DNA from: Camelus ferus
Lineage: Eukaryota
DNA: 64,000 bases
Reading direction: 5' to 3'
Assembly (NCBI RefSeq): GCF_009834535.1
Contig: NC_045705.1
Span: forward strand, 30,568,001-30,632,000
A program made the translations under genes and the position numbers. Below, piece after piece: positions 38,625 through 51,829 of this stretch (within the stretch, counting starts at the first letter, position 1; the number at the start of each line of letters is the position of its first letter). Below the pieces are notes generated by a model. That model made no database searches. It had not been told where the DNA came from and saw nothing but the letters and a program-made list of their open reading frames with translations.

Positions 38625-40130
38625 CTTTTTGAGATATAATTAACATAACCTAAAATTTACCCTTTTAAATTATACAATTCAGTGTGTTTCAGTCTATTTA
38701 CAAGATTGTGCAACCACCACCATAATCTAATTCCAGAACATTTTCATTATCCCAAAACAAAAACCTATACCAATTGGTAGTCATCCTTCATTTTCCCCTA
38801 TCCCCAACTCTTGGCAAACACTGATCTATTTGCTGTCTGGATTTGCCTGTTCTGGACATTTCATATAAACAGTTGTATCATATCCTATGTGATCTTTTGT
38901 GTCTGGTTTCTTTCACTTAGATGCCTTTATGGTTCACCCATGTTGCAGTATGTATTAGTACTTCATTCCTTTTCATGGCTAAATAGTATTTGGTTATATG
39001 GGTATACCCACTTTGTTTACTCATTCATCAACTGATGGGCATTTGGATTGTTTCCACTTTTTGGATACTATGAATAAGGCTGCTATGAATAGCTGTGTAC
39101 AAGTTTTTGTTTGAACACCTATTTAAATTCCTTTTGGGTATATACCTAGGAGTGGAACTGCTGGGTCATATGAAACTTTATATTTAGCTTTTTGAGGAAC
39201 TGCCAAACTGTTTTCCAAAGTGGCCACACCATTTTACCCACTAGCAGTGTGTGAGGATTCCAATTTCTCCACATCACTTCCAACATTTGTTATTATTTGT
39301 CCTTTTTATTTTAGCTATTCCAGGAGGTGTACAGTGACATTTCATTGAGGTTTTCTTTGTATTTCCCTAATGACTAATGATACTGAGCATCTTTTCATGG
39401 GTTTATTGGCCATTGGTATGTCTTCTTTTGAGAAATGTCTATACAAATGCTTTGCCTGTTTTCAGTTGGGTTGTCTTTTTATTTCAGTTGGGTTGAATTG
39501 TAACAGTTCTTTACATATTCTGGATACTAGATAGACTCTTATCAGATATATGATTTGCAAATATTTTCTTCCATTATGTGTGTTTTCTTTTCACTTTCTT
39601 GATAGTGTTTTTTGGAGCACAAAAGTTTTAAATTTTTATGAAGTTCAATTTCTTTATTTTTTTTCCTTTGGTTGCTTATGCTTAAGTGTTATGTCTAAGA
39701 AACTGTTATCTAAACCAAAGTCACAAAGACTTATACCTATTTTTTTATCCTAACAGTTTTATAGTTTTAGCTTTTACATGTAGGTCTTGGATCCATTTTG
39801 AATTCATTTTGTATTTAGATCCCCTTTCCCATCACCACTTGTTGAAAAGACTGCCCTTCCCTGTTGAATAGTCTTGGCAACTTTGTCAAAAATCCTTTGA
39901 CATTTATATGAGGGTTTATTTCTGGGCTCTCTGTTCTATTCCATTGGTGTTTTTTTGTTTTTTTGGTTTTTGGTTTTTTTGGTCTATCTTAATGCCAGTA
40001 CCACACTGTTTTGATTCCTGTAACTTTGTAGTAACTTTTGAAATTTGGAAGGATGAGTCCTCCATCTTTGTTCTTTTTCAAGATTATTTTGGTTATTCAG
40101 GGTCCCTTGAGATTCTATATGAATATTAGG
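38625..40130 (-). mobile_element. L1MB-like LINE (3' UTR plus degraded ORF2 end)
   Basis: ttgagatataattaacata...tatacctaggagtggaactgctgggtcatatg...tgatttgcaaatattttcttcc...atgccagtaccacactgttttgatt. Confidence 0.88.
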
Positions 40131-41029
40131 ATGGGTTCCTACTTGTTCAGGGTTCACCTCAACTCTCTCCTCTTCCAAATAGACTTTTTTGGGTTATTTC
40201 TGTTTGGACTAGGTTTCCATCTTAAAGGTACACCTTTACTATAGTTTTTACTATACTGTAGTTCTCAGTTTGCTTGTTAGTCTCCTGATGGACAAAAAAA
40301 AAAAATGGTTCTGTTTGTTTTCATTTTTCCCAGTGCCTAGCGTGTACTAGATTTTCCATACAATGTTTGAATGAATAAGTAAATGAAGCATAAATTAAAC
40401 AAATATTATGTTAAATTTAAGTGAATTAGACTGTCATCAAAACATAAATAACTGATACTGTGCAGTGCTTTATTATTTACAAAGTACATTTAGGTATATT
40501 ATTTTATTTGTCTTCACTTTGGAAGAAAGTATAATTAGTATCTCTTTTTGATAAATCTGACATTATAAACACTAAGATAAAATTAAAACACTTAGGAAAA
40601 GACTAAATGGAAAATTTTGAGAATTAAAGATATATGGATCTTTTGTGAACATTTATCGTATACACAGGACAAAGAAGTTTTTGGTTAATAAAAGGCAGAA
40701 ATTATATATAACATCCTCAAGCTACAATGCAATAAAATTAGAGATAAGGAGAGTATAATTTAAAAGTACCTAATCACAAGGGTATTTTAAAAATGACTTT
40801 CCTTTACAACTGGGTTAATTGTTTCTTGTTTGTTTGTTTGTTTTTGACCCTAGGTGCTCTTAAATGATGGTTAAGTAGAAATAGGTGGGGAGTCAATAGA
40901 ATAAAAATCACCAATTACAAGGGTAAAATTTAATAAGCTTTGATGTATGTATACAGCCATGTAATCATCACCTCAGTTATGATATGTAACATTTTCATCA
41001 CCTGAAAGTTTTCTTATGCCCTGTTCCTA

Positions 41030-41205
41030 TGTAGAAGCTCTAATCCCCAATGTGATGGTATTTGGAGGTGGGGCCTTTGGGAAGCAATTAGGTCATGAGG
41101 GTGGAGCCCTCATCATGAGATTATAAGAAGAGACACAAAGGAGATAATCTGTCTTTTCACCACATGAGGATGCAGCAAGAAGGCTGCCATCTGCAAACCA
41201 GAGAA
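41030..41205. mobile_element. MaLR LTR fragment (MLT1A-like)
   Basis: ctaatccccaatgtgatggtatttggaggtggggcctttggga...gccatctgcaaaccag. Confidence 0.8.
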
Positions 41206-41209
41206 GCTC

Positions 41210-42760
41210 TTTGGCAGTATATGCTAAAGCTGAATATACTCATACCCTATGGCTCAGTCATTTACTTCTAGGCATAGAACTAACTGAAATGCAGGCATAA
41301 ATTTACTAAAATACTTTTGCTAGAGTGCACATAGTGACTTCATTCATAATAGGCCCAAACTGGAAACTGAAAAAACTGCTGTCAACAAGGAAATTGATAA
41401 ATAAATCGTGGCATGTTCAATAATGGAATATTAACGCTGCAGTGAGAATTAATGAGCAACTGCTCATAGCTGTATGGATGAACCTAAGAAATTTAATGTT
41501 GAATGAAAGAAACCAGACACAAAAAACTACATGATTTCATATCTAGAAAACAGGAAAAACCAATATATGTATTTACCCTTGGGGTACTTAAAGCTGGAAG
41601 GAGGCTCTAAGAGGTTGTCTACAGTGCTGATTATAAATGCAAATTCATACTTTTCTGTGTATTACTATACTTAAATCCATACTTTTCTGTATACTACTAT
41701 ACTTAAATAGAAAGTTTTTAAAAATTATGTTAGTTTTTAACCTAAAAATAAGCAAGTGAAGTAGAACTGAGTTCCCAGAAATAGATGTCAGAGTACATAT
41801 CCATTTAATTTGTGACAAACTCAATGTAACAAAATAATGTGAAAAATTCATTAGTTGAGGTAATTGGAAGGAATCTGGGAGAAATAAATTTAGATTCACA
41901 CTTCATACCATATGGTGCAGTGAATTCTAGTTGAATTACAATATTAAAATACTTTAAATTCATTAAGGGAAAAATCAGAGTCAATCTGCATGCCCATCAG
42001 TAAGCAAATGGTTAATAAATCATGGTATTTTTATAATAGGTATTACCATGCAGCCGTTGGAAAGACTGAGTTAGATAAATTGATGTGGAAGGATGTATGT
42101 TAAGTATTAAGTGACAAAAAAAGTTACAGAATATGTAGAATGTGATTACATTTTGTAAAAAAAAAGAAACAAATTAACAAACATTTGCAAATATATGGAT
42201 GATCACACATAGAAAAAGTTCTGGAAAGATGTAGAACAATCTGTTGACAGTGAATACTCTGAAAAATTGAATTAAGAGAGTGCTTACAAATGAGGAAGCC
42301 TCACTTTTTACTTTATACCCTTCTATATTGTTCACGTGTTGCTTTTACAACTAAATTATAAAGCCCACGTAAGAGGAAAGATAACCTAACTAAATATTCA
42401 GGTTCACTGATAATTTCAGCTTTGCAAATTAAGATATTTTAGAGTTAGTTAAAACAAAAAGCTTTATATTAAAATGTCTGCAAAGAAATTAGTGTCCTCC
42501 TTTTCTTGAAGGTGGTGTATAGTCTCTATGAGCAATTTGACAATATATAAAAAGAGCCATAAAAATGACTTTTATCTTTGGATCCTAAAGCCCTACTTCT
42601 GGGAATATATCTTAAGGAAGTAGTTCAAAAAAGAAAATAAATTGTATAAAAATGTTTATAGCCACAATATCTTTAATAAAACCTGGAATAATCCAGAAGC
42701 AAACTGAGATAGATTAATATAGTGGAATATTATATCACTAAATATATATATGTGAAAAAA
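41210..42760 (+). mobile_element. Old L1 (L1MC/L1ME-like) fragments
   Basis: ttggcagtatatgctaaagctgaatatactcataccctatg...ataataggcccaaactggaaac; ctacttctgggaatatatcttaagg. Confidence 0.6.
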
Positions 42761-44222
42761 CATGTAGAAATAAACCAAAGAAAAGTGGAACTCCAATATA
42801 AACCTATGGATTTTGGTGAAGATGAGAAGGGACCACAGAGATATATACATTCTATTTTAAGATAAAGCAATTCTGTATTTAAGTAATGTTTTCAAATGCA
42901 ATGACAATATTGGTGTCCTAATTAAAAAAAAAGTATTAAACTAGATGACCTAATAAGGTTGCTATTAGCTCTATGCTTTTATAATCTCAAGGAAATGAAA
43001 CTGAAAATAAAGTTTCTGCGATCTTTTCCTTCTCCCTCAAGCACCATTCATATCTTTCTCCTCAGTTTAACCTTTTCCTTAAAACTAAGTCCAATAATGA
43101 GGTTCTCAACTGAGTCATTTTATTTTGTAAAGACAAAGTATAAATTCAGAGAAGTAGAAGAGAATACAGTAATTTCATTCTCTGGATCTATTTATATTAA
43201 ATATTATAAAAGCAAAATGTTCACTTATGCTTAATCAGACTTCCAAATAGTTCTGGAGAGTAAAAGTATCCTTTTCCCCCATAATCTAATGAGGAAATTG
43301 AGTTGGGGGCGAGGGTTTAAATACGTTGCATAGTGCCTCAAGGAGCCATCTGTAAGACAAGGACTAGAAACCAGGTCTCATAACAAGACTCTTGCTTAGG
43401 CTATTGAGCCTGGGTACCTCTCTGTGGGATGGCAATTCAGGCCTGGGATCAATTCACTGTTTGTCAGTTCCCCTTTCCTTAAAAAAGAGTTGGATTATTT
43501 GAGCAGCATAACTTTCTGCTAAGAGATTACTGGTAGCAATTGCAGAAATGTCTTATACCACCAACAGGTAGAACTGGATAGGATCTGACCTAGGTTGTCC
43601 AAAGAAAAGAGGCCATTAAAGAGAAGTTCTGCTTCCCATTTGCTACCTCTTACTTCATGTGCTGCCCCTCATTTGTTCATTTTCTTCTCTAGTGCAAAAT
43701 GCAGGATCAAAGAAATGGTCTTGTCATCAGTTCTAAAATTTAACAATGCTTCCTCAGCTGGTAAGTGGAAGAATTAGTTTTTAAAAGCTTTTATGCAAGT
43801 TCTATGAAATACCAAGACATTGATTTGTGGTCTATTTTGCAATCATGGTAATTTATGTTCATATAATTAATTAATATTAAATTAATCATGGTTGTTTTAA
43901 ACTTTCTGAATATCTTTAAGAATTTTTCTAAGAATTATCCCTCTATGATTCAGTGGAAAATATGAGATTTAATCTCATTAAATTTATGAGATTAAAGTTC
44001 AAGTTTTGCTCTACCATTTATAAACTGTATGACCTTGGGCAATTTCCTCATTTGTAAAATTGAGATAATAATCCCAGCCTTATCTGACTCCTAGGTTTGT
44101 TGCAAGGTTCAATGAGATAATGTACGTGAAAGTATTTAGTAAACTTTCAGGGGCATTACGAATATTATTGTTCAAGTTATGAAAGTCGTTAAGACCTTAC
44201 CCTGTTTACAACAGTGGTCCAG

Positions 44223-44366
44223 GGGGAGGGTATAGCTCCGTGGTAGAGTATGTGCTTAGCATGCATGAGATTCTGGTTTCAATCCCCAGTACCTCCTCTA
44301 TAAATAAATAAACCTAATTATCTAGCCCCTACCAAAACCAAAGAAAAAACCAAACTAAAATAAAAT
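44223..44366 (+). mobile_element. tRNA-Ala-derived SINE (Vic-1-like)
   Basis: Same head and tail structure. TSD AACAGTGGTCCAG (44210-44222) / AACAATGGTCCAG (44367-44379), one mismatch. Confidence 0.9.
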
Positions 44367-44679
44367 AACAATGGTCCAGCATTAAAGATAATAGTACATC
44401 TCTTCAGATGCTAGGATTGTGTCTGGAAACACTCTATCCTATCCTAGCATGTCCTACCCTAGATCAGTGGATACATCAATGAGCATTCAGATTGGTACAT
44501 TAGTTTGATCCCTTCATTTATACTTTTGGGCAGATACATAGAATTAGTCCACTTTAGTTATCCTGTGTCCAAGAATCCTATCAAGGCATGATGATTGATG
44601 TCAAATTTAGGAGAGTAACCAATTGAGGTCATTAGGCAGAAGGTTCTGTGGTCTTTTTTTCAAGGCAGCCAGTTGGCCA

Positions 44680-45470
44680 ACAGAATGAGCTGACTATGTG
44701 TGTGCTCAGCACTATGCTTGATACTGCAAAAGATACATAAGGGATATAATACACACTTCTCCTGTATTTTGGTTTTACTGAATGGAACCATCATATTCCC
44801 AAATGCCCAAGAAAAGAGCCAAGAAATCATCCTAAATTCCTTTCCATCCTTTACCTCTCATATCCAACTGATTACCAACTTCCATTGATTCTTCCTCTTT
44901 TGTTTTGATCTGTCATTCCCATTGCTACCTTCCTAATTCAGGCCTTTAATGTTTCTGCCCTAGGCTATTTTAACAGCTGCTCTACTTGTATCTGTACCTC
45001 TAATTTTTTTCCCTCCAGTCCTTCCACAGTGCTGCCAGAGTGATTTTCCAGAAATAGTAATCTGATTGTCACTAGCTGCTCAAAATCCTTCAGTGGTTTT
45101 CTGCAATCTGTGCTCTTCATAAGACCCTTTATGATGATGATGCTGTCCAGTCTTATCTCTTAGCAATACTGAACTATTTGTAGCTTTCCAGATCTACCAT
45201 GCTTTTCACATCTTGATTCTTCTGCATGTGCTGATATGTCTGTATTAAATATCTCCCCTCCACTTGTTCACCTGGAAAATTCTTTCACATCCTTTGAAAT
45301 GCTTTCTCCCAGACAGACAATGGTACTCTTTTTACAATTTTTGTAAACCTCCTTTGTAACAGTTATCATACTGTATTGTTAATTTGTATGTCTGCTTTTC
45401 TAATAGATGGTAAATAAGCTTCTCAAGGACAAGGACCATGCTCTTAGGTATTGAATAATTATTAAACAAA
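44680..45470. mobile_element. L2 fragment
   Basis: ccacagtgctgccagagtgatttt...ctcaaaatccttcagtggttt...aagcttctcaaggacaaggaccatg. Confidence 0.65.
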
Positions 45471-46051
45471 TAAAGGAATATCTTCAACTCTATTGTAATT
45501 TAGTTGAGGATATTAACAGATAAATAAGCAGAACACTTTGAGTCAGTATGAAACCAAGTGCTATGTAATAAGTAATAGGAGTTCAGGAAGAAAAGGAGAT
45601 CACTGTGGATTGGAAAAATTAGGCAAGGAATCAAAGAGAATATATCTCCTTAGGGAGACGGCAAAGTGATTTGGGTAGGGAAAACGGAAAATTCTAGGGT
45701 TATATTTTTATACTTGGCAACATTTGCATAAAGAAATATTTCTAATGCTGAAACAAAATACTACATTAAATTTTGAAAAATATAATGAGTAAATAAAAAA
45801 GGAAAGAAAAATGAGAAAGGAAAAACCCTAAAAATACGAGGGGTATATTGGTTTAATTTTGAAGCCTTTCATCTATAAATGTGTTTAGTTCCTTTTAGTT
45901 TAGCCTTTTCTCATCTCTGAGGAAATCAAAGTCCTATTGTATAAATACTTCATTAATACTACTGTATCAGTTATAAGAATCCACATTGTCTCACCCTGAA
46001 ATCTTTTTAGAATATGTGTACATACTCAGTATGAATATATGCTTACTGCTA

Positions 46052-46055
46052 TATG

Positions 46056-46095
<40 letters not shown>
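46052..46095. repeat. Compound (TA)n(GA)n microsatellite
   Basis: tatatata...gagagaga seen directly. Confidence 0.95.
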
Positions 46096-46117
<22 letters not shown>

Positions 46118-47419
46118 AGGTTACACATTCTCAGGTTCAAAAAATATATAATAAGGCATACATTGAGAGGAATTGTTCCCACTCTGTCCCAATTTACCCC
46201 TTTTCCCCTCTATTCTTGGGAAGAATTTTATTTTATTCAACCAGTTCTTTTAAATCCATTTGATATGATTATGTTTTGGTTCTCCAAGTTTCCAATACTG
46301 TTGAGCTTTGCCATTTTTTCTCCTAAAATATCCTCCTTTTTTACTTTTTCTAGAATACTCTCTTTTTCTGCCTTTTATCATAAAGGCATGTAATAATTTG
46401 CCTCGTCTGGTTGTCTTCAAGTTGAGGGTTCAGTATAATTCAGTAATCTGATTATCAGTATTTATATTATCTTCCAGCCAAGCATTATATTAAAGAAATC
46501 TAATACTTTATTATACTTATTAGCACTTACTATAGGACAAAAACTATTTATTTATAGTTGTTCCTAAAGTGTGATTGGTACCAGAGGCCTCAAAGGACTA
46601 TCAGTGGGATAAAAGAAGCCTGGATAATGTCATTTGATTATCCTTTTTAAAAATTTAAGGCCATCCAAGGAGTATGAAAAAATATTTGAAAATAATTCAG
46701 TTGTTACCATGATTTATTTTGCTTGCTTTGTATGCAGAAAAACTTTGGTAATGTGGTTATAGATGGAAATATGGAGAACTTTAGAGCTGCCTTTGCGCAA
46801 GCCCCAGGACTTTCCATCACTGAATCAAGAGTGAAAACAATGAGGAATGACTTCAATTTCTGTACCTGTGAAATGATGAGAGTTGAATGAAATGACCTTA
46901 AAGTCCTTCTACTCCTGAAGCTTTTACAATTCAGAAGCAGTGGTGAGAATAGTGATGAGGGACTGGCTACTGATTCCAAGTTAAGTACAAAAAGAGAGGC
47001 CAGTGGGACAATCTGTGGGAGGACATAAGTGATTTCCCGTCCTGGCGAAGAGGAGTAGTGTGTTCAGTGGAAATTGAAGAGGACAAGGAATTTTGGGGTT
47101 GGGATTTGATAGATCATCATTGTGAAAGAAAACTGACCATGTGCTTCTGGGAAGAGAGATCTGGGTTTTTGAATTTTTTTTTTTTTCACATATAGGCCAT
47201 AAACCCTCAGGGGAGCTATAGGAGTTTCTTGAATGTTCTAAAATTATACACAAAACACTCCAAATGATTAAAATGGAGACAGTAGTATACTTCAGTGGTC
47301 CTCCAGTGGGTGAATGTGGTCATTGTGATATTTTGAGAGTAAGCTGGGTTTCAATCACAAAAGACACAGGAGTAAGGGGTGAGAAAAATGAGAAGAACAG
47401 AGAGGAATTTGCCATTAGA

Positions 47420-47605
47420 CAGCTTTGAGTCTTGGCTTGCTTTATTAGCTATATGACCTTGGGCAAGTGAATAACCTCTGTAAACCTCAATTTCCTCAGC
47501 TGTAAAATGGGGATAATAAGTATCTACATTAAGTAGAGATTGTGAAGATTAAATGAGATAATGCACATTAAGCATACAGGATGGTGCTTGGCACATAGTG
47601 GGTAT
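47420..47605. mobile_element. MIR relic
   Basis: tgaccttgggcaagt...cctcaatttcctcagctgtaaaatggggataata...gtgaagattaaatgagataatgca. Confidence 0.85.
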
Positions 47606-50600
47606 TTGGTAAACCTCTCCCCTCACAAGGCTTTTAATTTTCTATATTTATTTTAAGGCCCTTATTGTATATTTCACTTTGAAGGGCTGGTCCTCAGTAA
47701 GTCCATCTTCAGAGAACTGCTTAGTGATGCTCACACTCAAGAAGATCATTTCTTATTAAGTGGTTAGTCTAGAGGCTCTTTCCAATGCAGATTTGCAAGC
47801 TGAGTGTATAAAAGTCACACACTGGACTTGTTGCCTGGCAGCACGTGTCCCTGAGTGGTAGTACATGGCTTGCATTGTAATGTCATCAGTGCAGGGGCCA
47901 GCTGGCTGGACATGTACTGCCACATGGGCTAGGCTCTCCATTCCTCAACAAAACAGCAGCCAGCAGTAGGGTTAACAGAAAATGACAAACCAGGCATGGA
48001 TGAGGGAGGCGCCAGCAAAGCAGCGGGATGTCCTTTGATTTGCTTCTGTTATTTGCATGTCTTTCTTGTGATGTCTGTGAAATGTTCCGAATGACAACGT
48101 TTTTAAAAGACCTGCTGACTCCGCCTGAAAAATGTGAAAAACCTCCCGTTTAGAGGCCCATTATGTCCCGCTAGCCTGCATTTTCTATATCTTTTTCTTC
48201 ATTTTTTATTAATGCAAACATTTGCATGAAGACAGAACCTTTGTTTCTTAAAGAGTTCATCTGCTCCTGCTGCTTACTGGCCCTGCCATGAAGGAGCACA
48301 ACAGAACCTTTGTTACGCTTTCAGCAAAGCTGTTTATGAACGGTGGCTTACTGAGGACTGCTTCCTGTGCTGTGTGCTTCCATTTTGTCTAAAAGAAAAA
48401 AGAAAATAGTTCTTAGGAGTGAAAAGAATTTGGACTTTCTTTAATTCAAGTCTGGAATGTTGAAATGACAAGTAGCCCCCAAATTTGTGAGGAACTAGTA
48501 ATTGCATCGAATGCACTTTTTCACTTTACCTTAAGCATAATGAGGCTCTTAGTAACAATAGAAGGAACAAGTGTTTTCTCACTGGAATAGAGAGACAGAA
48601 CAGTAAAAAAGGCAACAGAAAGAAGGGTTTGAGAACAGGACAAAAGTGGCTTCCTGTAAGAACCCTAATGTCACAGAATGTGTTTCGGTACTCAGGGTTT
48701 CCCACCTGGGAGGCACAGCCCTGAAATGGTCGAGTTGAATAAAGAATAGCACCACAGTTTATAAACAGTGATACATTTTCTGTATTCATTCAGTAAATAT
48801 TTGAATGACTGGTATGTAGAAGACACTGAATGACCGTGAGTGTTATAGGGGCTGAAAGAGAAATGAGTTATGGTACCTCTGTCTTTAAGGAGTAGGAAGT
48901 CTAACAAAAGAGGTATTGCATGTGTAACAGAAGTAACTCAATATCAGAGTGGAAAGTGCCATTGGAAACATTTAAAATAGGTGTTTAGGGAGTTCAGGAA
49001 AAGGAAGATTGCTTCTGACTAGGAGAGAGTCAGGAAACTTCGTGACGAGGTGGCACTTGAGTTGAGCCTGGCCGGAAAGGCCTGGACATTGTGACATTCC
49101 CAGGGGTAATGAGTCAAAAAATTATGTGGATCTGGTAAAATAGATCCAAAGAATATTCTTATAGGGTATTTTGATGTTTTACACCATTAATTTAGATGAT
49201 ATGTTAAGTGTTGGCATGAGTTTTCTGTGTAAACTAAACTAGGGCCTCTGTCCAACCTGTACTGTTCCCAGTCCTTCACCGCGTATGATTTTTGTGCACT
49301 TTGGCCTAGGCCTCTAGGTATCTATAAATATCTGTGTTAGCATCCTTTACTTTCATAACAAAAATAGAAACTCGGGGATTATTGAGTATTATTACAGCCA
49401 TATCCCATAAGCGGGGTGTAAACATAGTTCTGAGTGGGGATTTGACATGTGAGACTCTCACTTGAAAAAGAATCCCCACCTTCTTAGAGAAGCAGCATCA
49501 ATCAGAAGAGAAATGGGAATGCTAAAGCCATGAGTTTTCAGCTGCCTTAAATTAGAACTCTTGTATCTTTTTGCCATTAGATTAAATGAGGCCCAGTTGC
49601 TGTTTTGTGAGTTATGATTGCAAACAATTTTTATGATGTAGTGTGAATATAAATTGCCAAGTAATTGATAAGTTATTGCATTAGTACCTTGTTACATTAA
49701 TATCACTGTATATTCATAGTTAAATTGCATATTACCAAACATAACTGCTGATAATCTGTAAGTGCATGGTTTGCCCCTCAAAGGCTACAACCTTTAATGA
49801 CTAGTAGCACAATTAATTTTCACCTTGTAACTTTAATACCTCCTTGCCTGACATGACATGAGTGGCATGTGATTTGCTCCATGTTTGTTAATTTATAGGT
49901 TTTTTTTTTAAACCCATGGTGCTTTCTGGAAAATAGTTTTGTGAATGTTTATGGAGTTGATCTGATAACTGTACTACTGCTCTATGAGTAATATTTTTGC
50001 AAAGCTATCATCATGACAGTTATTACTTGGTCTTCATGTGTCCCGTAGATTATAACAGGGAAACTAAAGTGCTACTTTAGATTTCTCTGCCATTCAGGCA
50101 GTGCATTTTGTTATGGTCAGCTAGCTGAGTGCTTTAAGTTTGGACCTCTGTAAAAGCCTCCTAAAAAAAAATTCTGTAGTTTCTGGCACTTGAAATTACA
50201 AGACTCCAACCTACTAATTCTGTATTGTGAGATTTAGGCTGGAAATACTGAAGCAAAAAGATTTAAGTACTTAGCCTTAATTGACATCCGCCTCCCTGCC
50301 AAAAATCACCAGTTTTAGGAAGGAGAGGGGAAGAGGGAAGGATTAATGGTTGACTAGGGACTGTCTGAATGTCAGGGGACTCAGCTTTGCACAGCTGTTA
50401 GCTTGTACAATACCTCCAGTGGTTGAGGGAAGTAGACTTTAGTTTTTCGTCCTCTACTTTACATAAAGATCTTTAGTCACCTCTTGTTTGCTGGTTGTCA
50501 CAGGTGATGTTAATATGTGTGTAGTGCTTTGTTTTCTCCTGGCATGTCTTTTGGTATTTGAGTTTGACTAGCTGTATAGCAGCACTGTGGTGGTTTGGAT

Positions 50601-50734
50601 GCCCAAATGCAATGTATTAGTTTGGTCTGTTTTAAAATTAACTATTAATATAAAAGATCTTTCCTTAATTTATAAATTTATTCTTAGAAAATTCCATTTG
50701 ATACATATGCTGCATAGCTCTGTAAGGGCTGTAA

Positions 50735-50972
50735 CATAGTATAGTGCAGACCAAAACCCTAGACTCAAATCCTGTCTCTGCTGCTTACTAGCCCTGTAAC
50801 CTTTAGGTAAATTACATGTCTGAGTCTTTTTTTACCTATAAAATGGAAATTAAAAAAAAGTACCCATTTCATAGGATTGTTGTGAGAATTAAATGCATTT
50901 ATACCCATAAGATGCTTAGAGAATGCTGTCTTGCATAGTGAGCTTAATAAATGCTGGCTGTCATTATTATTA
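50735..50972. mobile_element. MIR relic
   Basis: ctcaaatcctgtctctgctgcttactagc...cataggattgttgtgagaattaaatg. Confidence 0.8.
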
Positions 50973-51829
50973 TATTTGTAGGTTGGTTTAGCTACATCAA
51001 GCAAACCTGTAATGATTAAGAGCTTTTAAAAGAGGGGGGCCTCCTGCATTTATATAAAGGACATTCGTCAGGATATTGATCTCCAAGGTATGATTCATTT
51101 ACATTTCTTTTTCTGGGGGCCCAAAGTTAAACTTGACACATACCTGTTTTATATTCTGAGCTAGGTAGCATTTAGAGGCTTGATTTGGGTTTCATACTTT
51201 TCCTTTACTTTTCTCTACTGCAAGTTTTTAATTTCTTTTTGTATTATTCTGACTGTTAATTGTGAACTCATGATTTTGGTAAGAGATGTAATTAGCTTAA
51301 ATTAAATATCAAGCCAGAACGAAATATAGGATAGTAGGTTTATACAGTACAGAAGTCCTGTTTGGACAAGACATAAAGCACAAAGGCCACAGATAAATAC
51401 TTTGACATTAAATATTTTGATGTTAAATATCAACATTTTAAACTTCTATGGAATGAAAGAGACCATAAACAAATTAAAAGAAAACCCATAAGGTAGGTGT
51501 ATATTTGCACATAAATAGAACTAGAAAAAACTGCAAATCAAGAAGAAAAAAAAGACAACCAGAGAGGAAAATGGGCAAAGGATACTAGCAGATTATTCAC
51601 AGAAGAAGAAATACAAATAAACATGAAAATATGCTTAACTTTATTTAATTAATTAAGACTAAAATATTAAAACAACAGTGAGCAACTGTTTTATAACAAA
51701 TTGGCAAAACTACAAAGTCTTAGTGCAAATAGACGTAGTAAAAATAGATATTCTTGTGGCTGGGAGGAGTATAAATCAGAACAACCCTTTGTAAAGCAAT
51801 TGTGTCTAGCTAGTAAACATGAAGATGTG

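Noticed and set aside
38811..40244. Short ORFs within the L1 relic
   Set aside because: Fragments of a degraded, frameshifted L1; no intact ORF1 or ORF2 anywhere in the window.
45986..46393. 135-aa ORF with YIYI/ERER repeats
   Set aside because: Product of the (TA)n(GA)n microsatellite.
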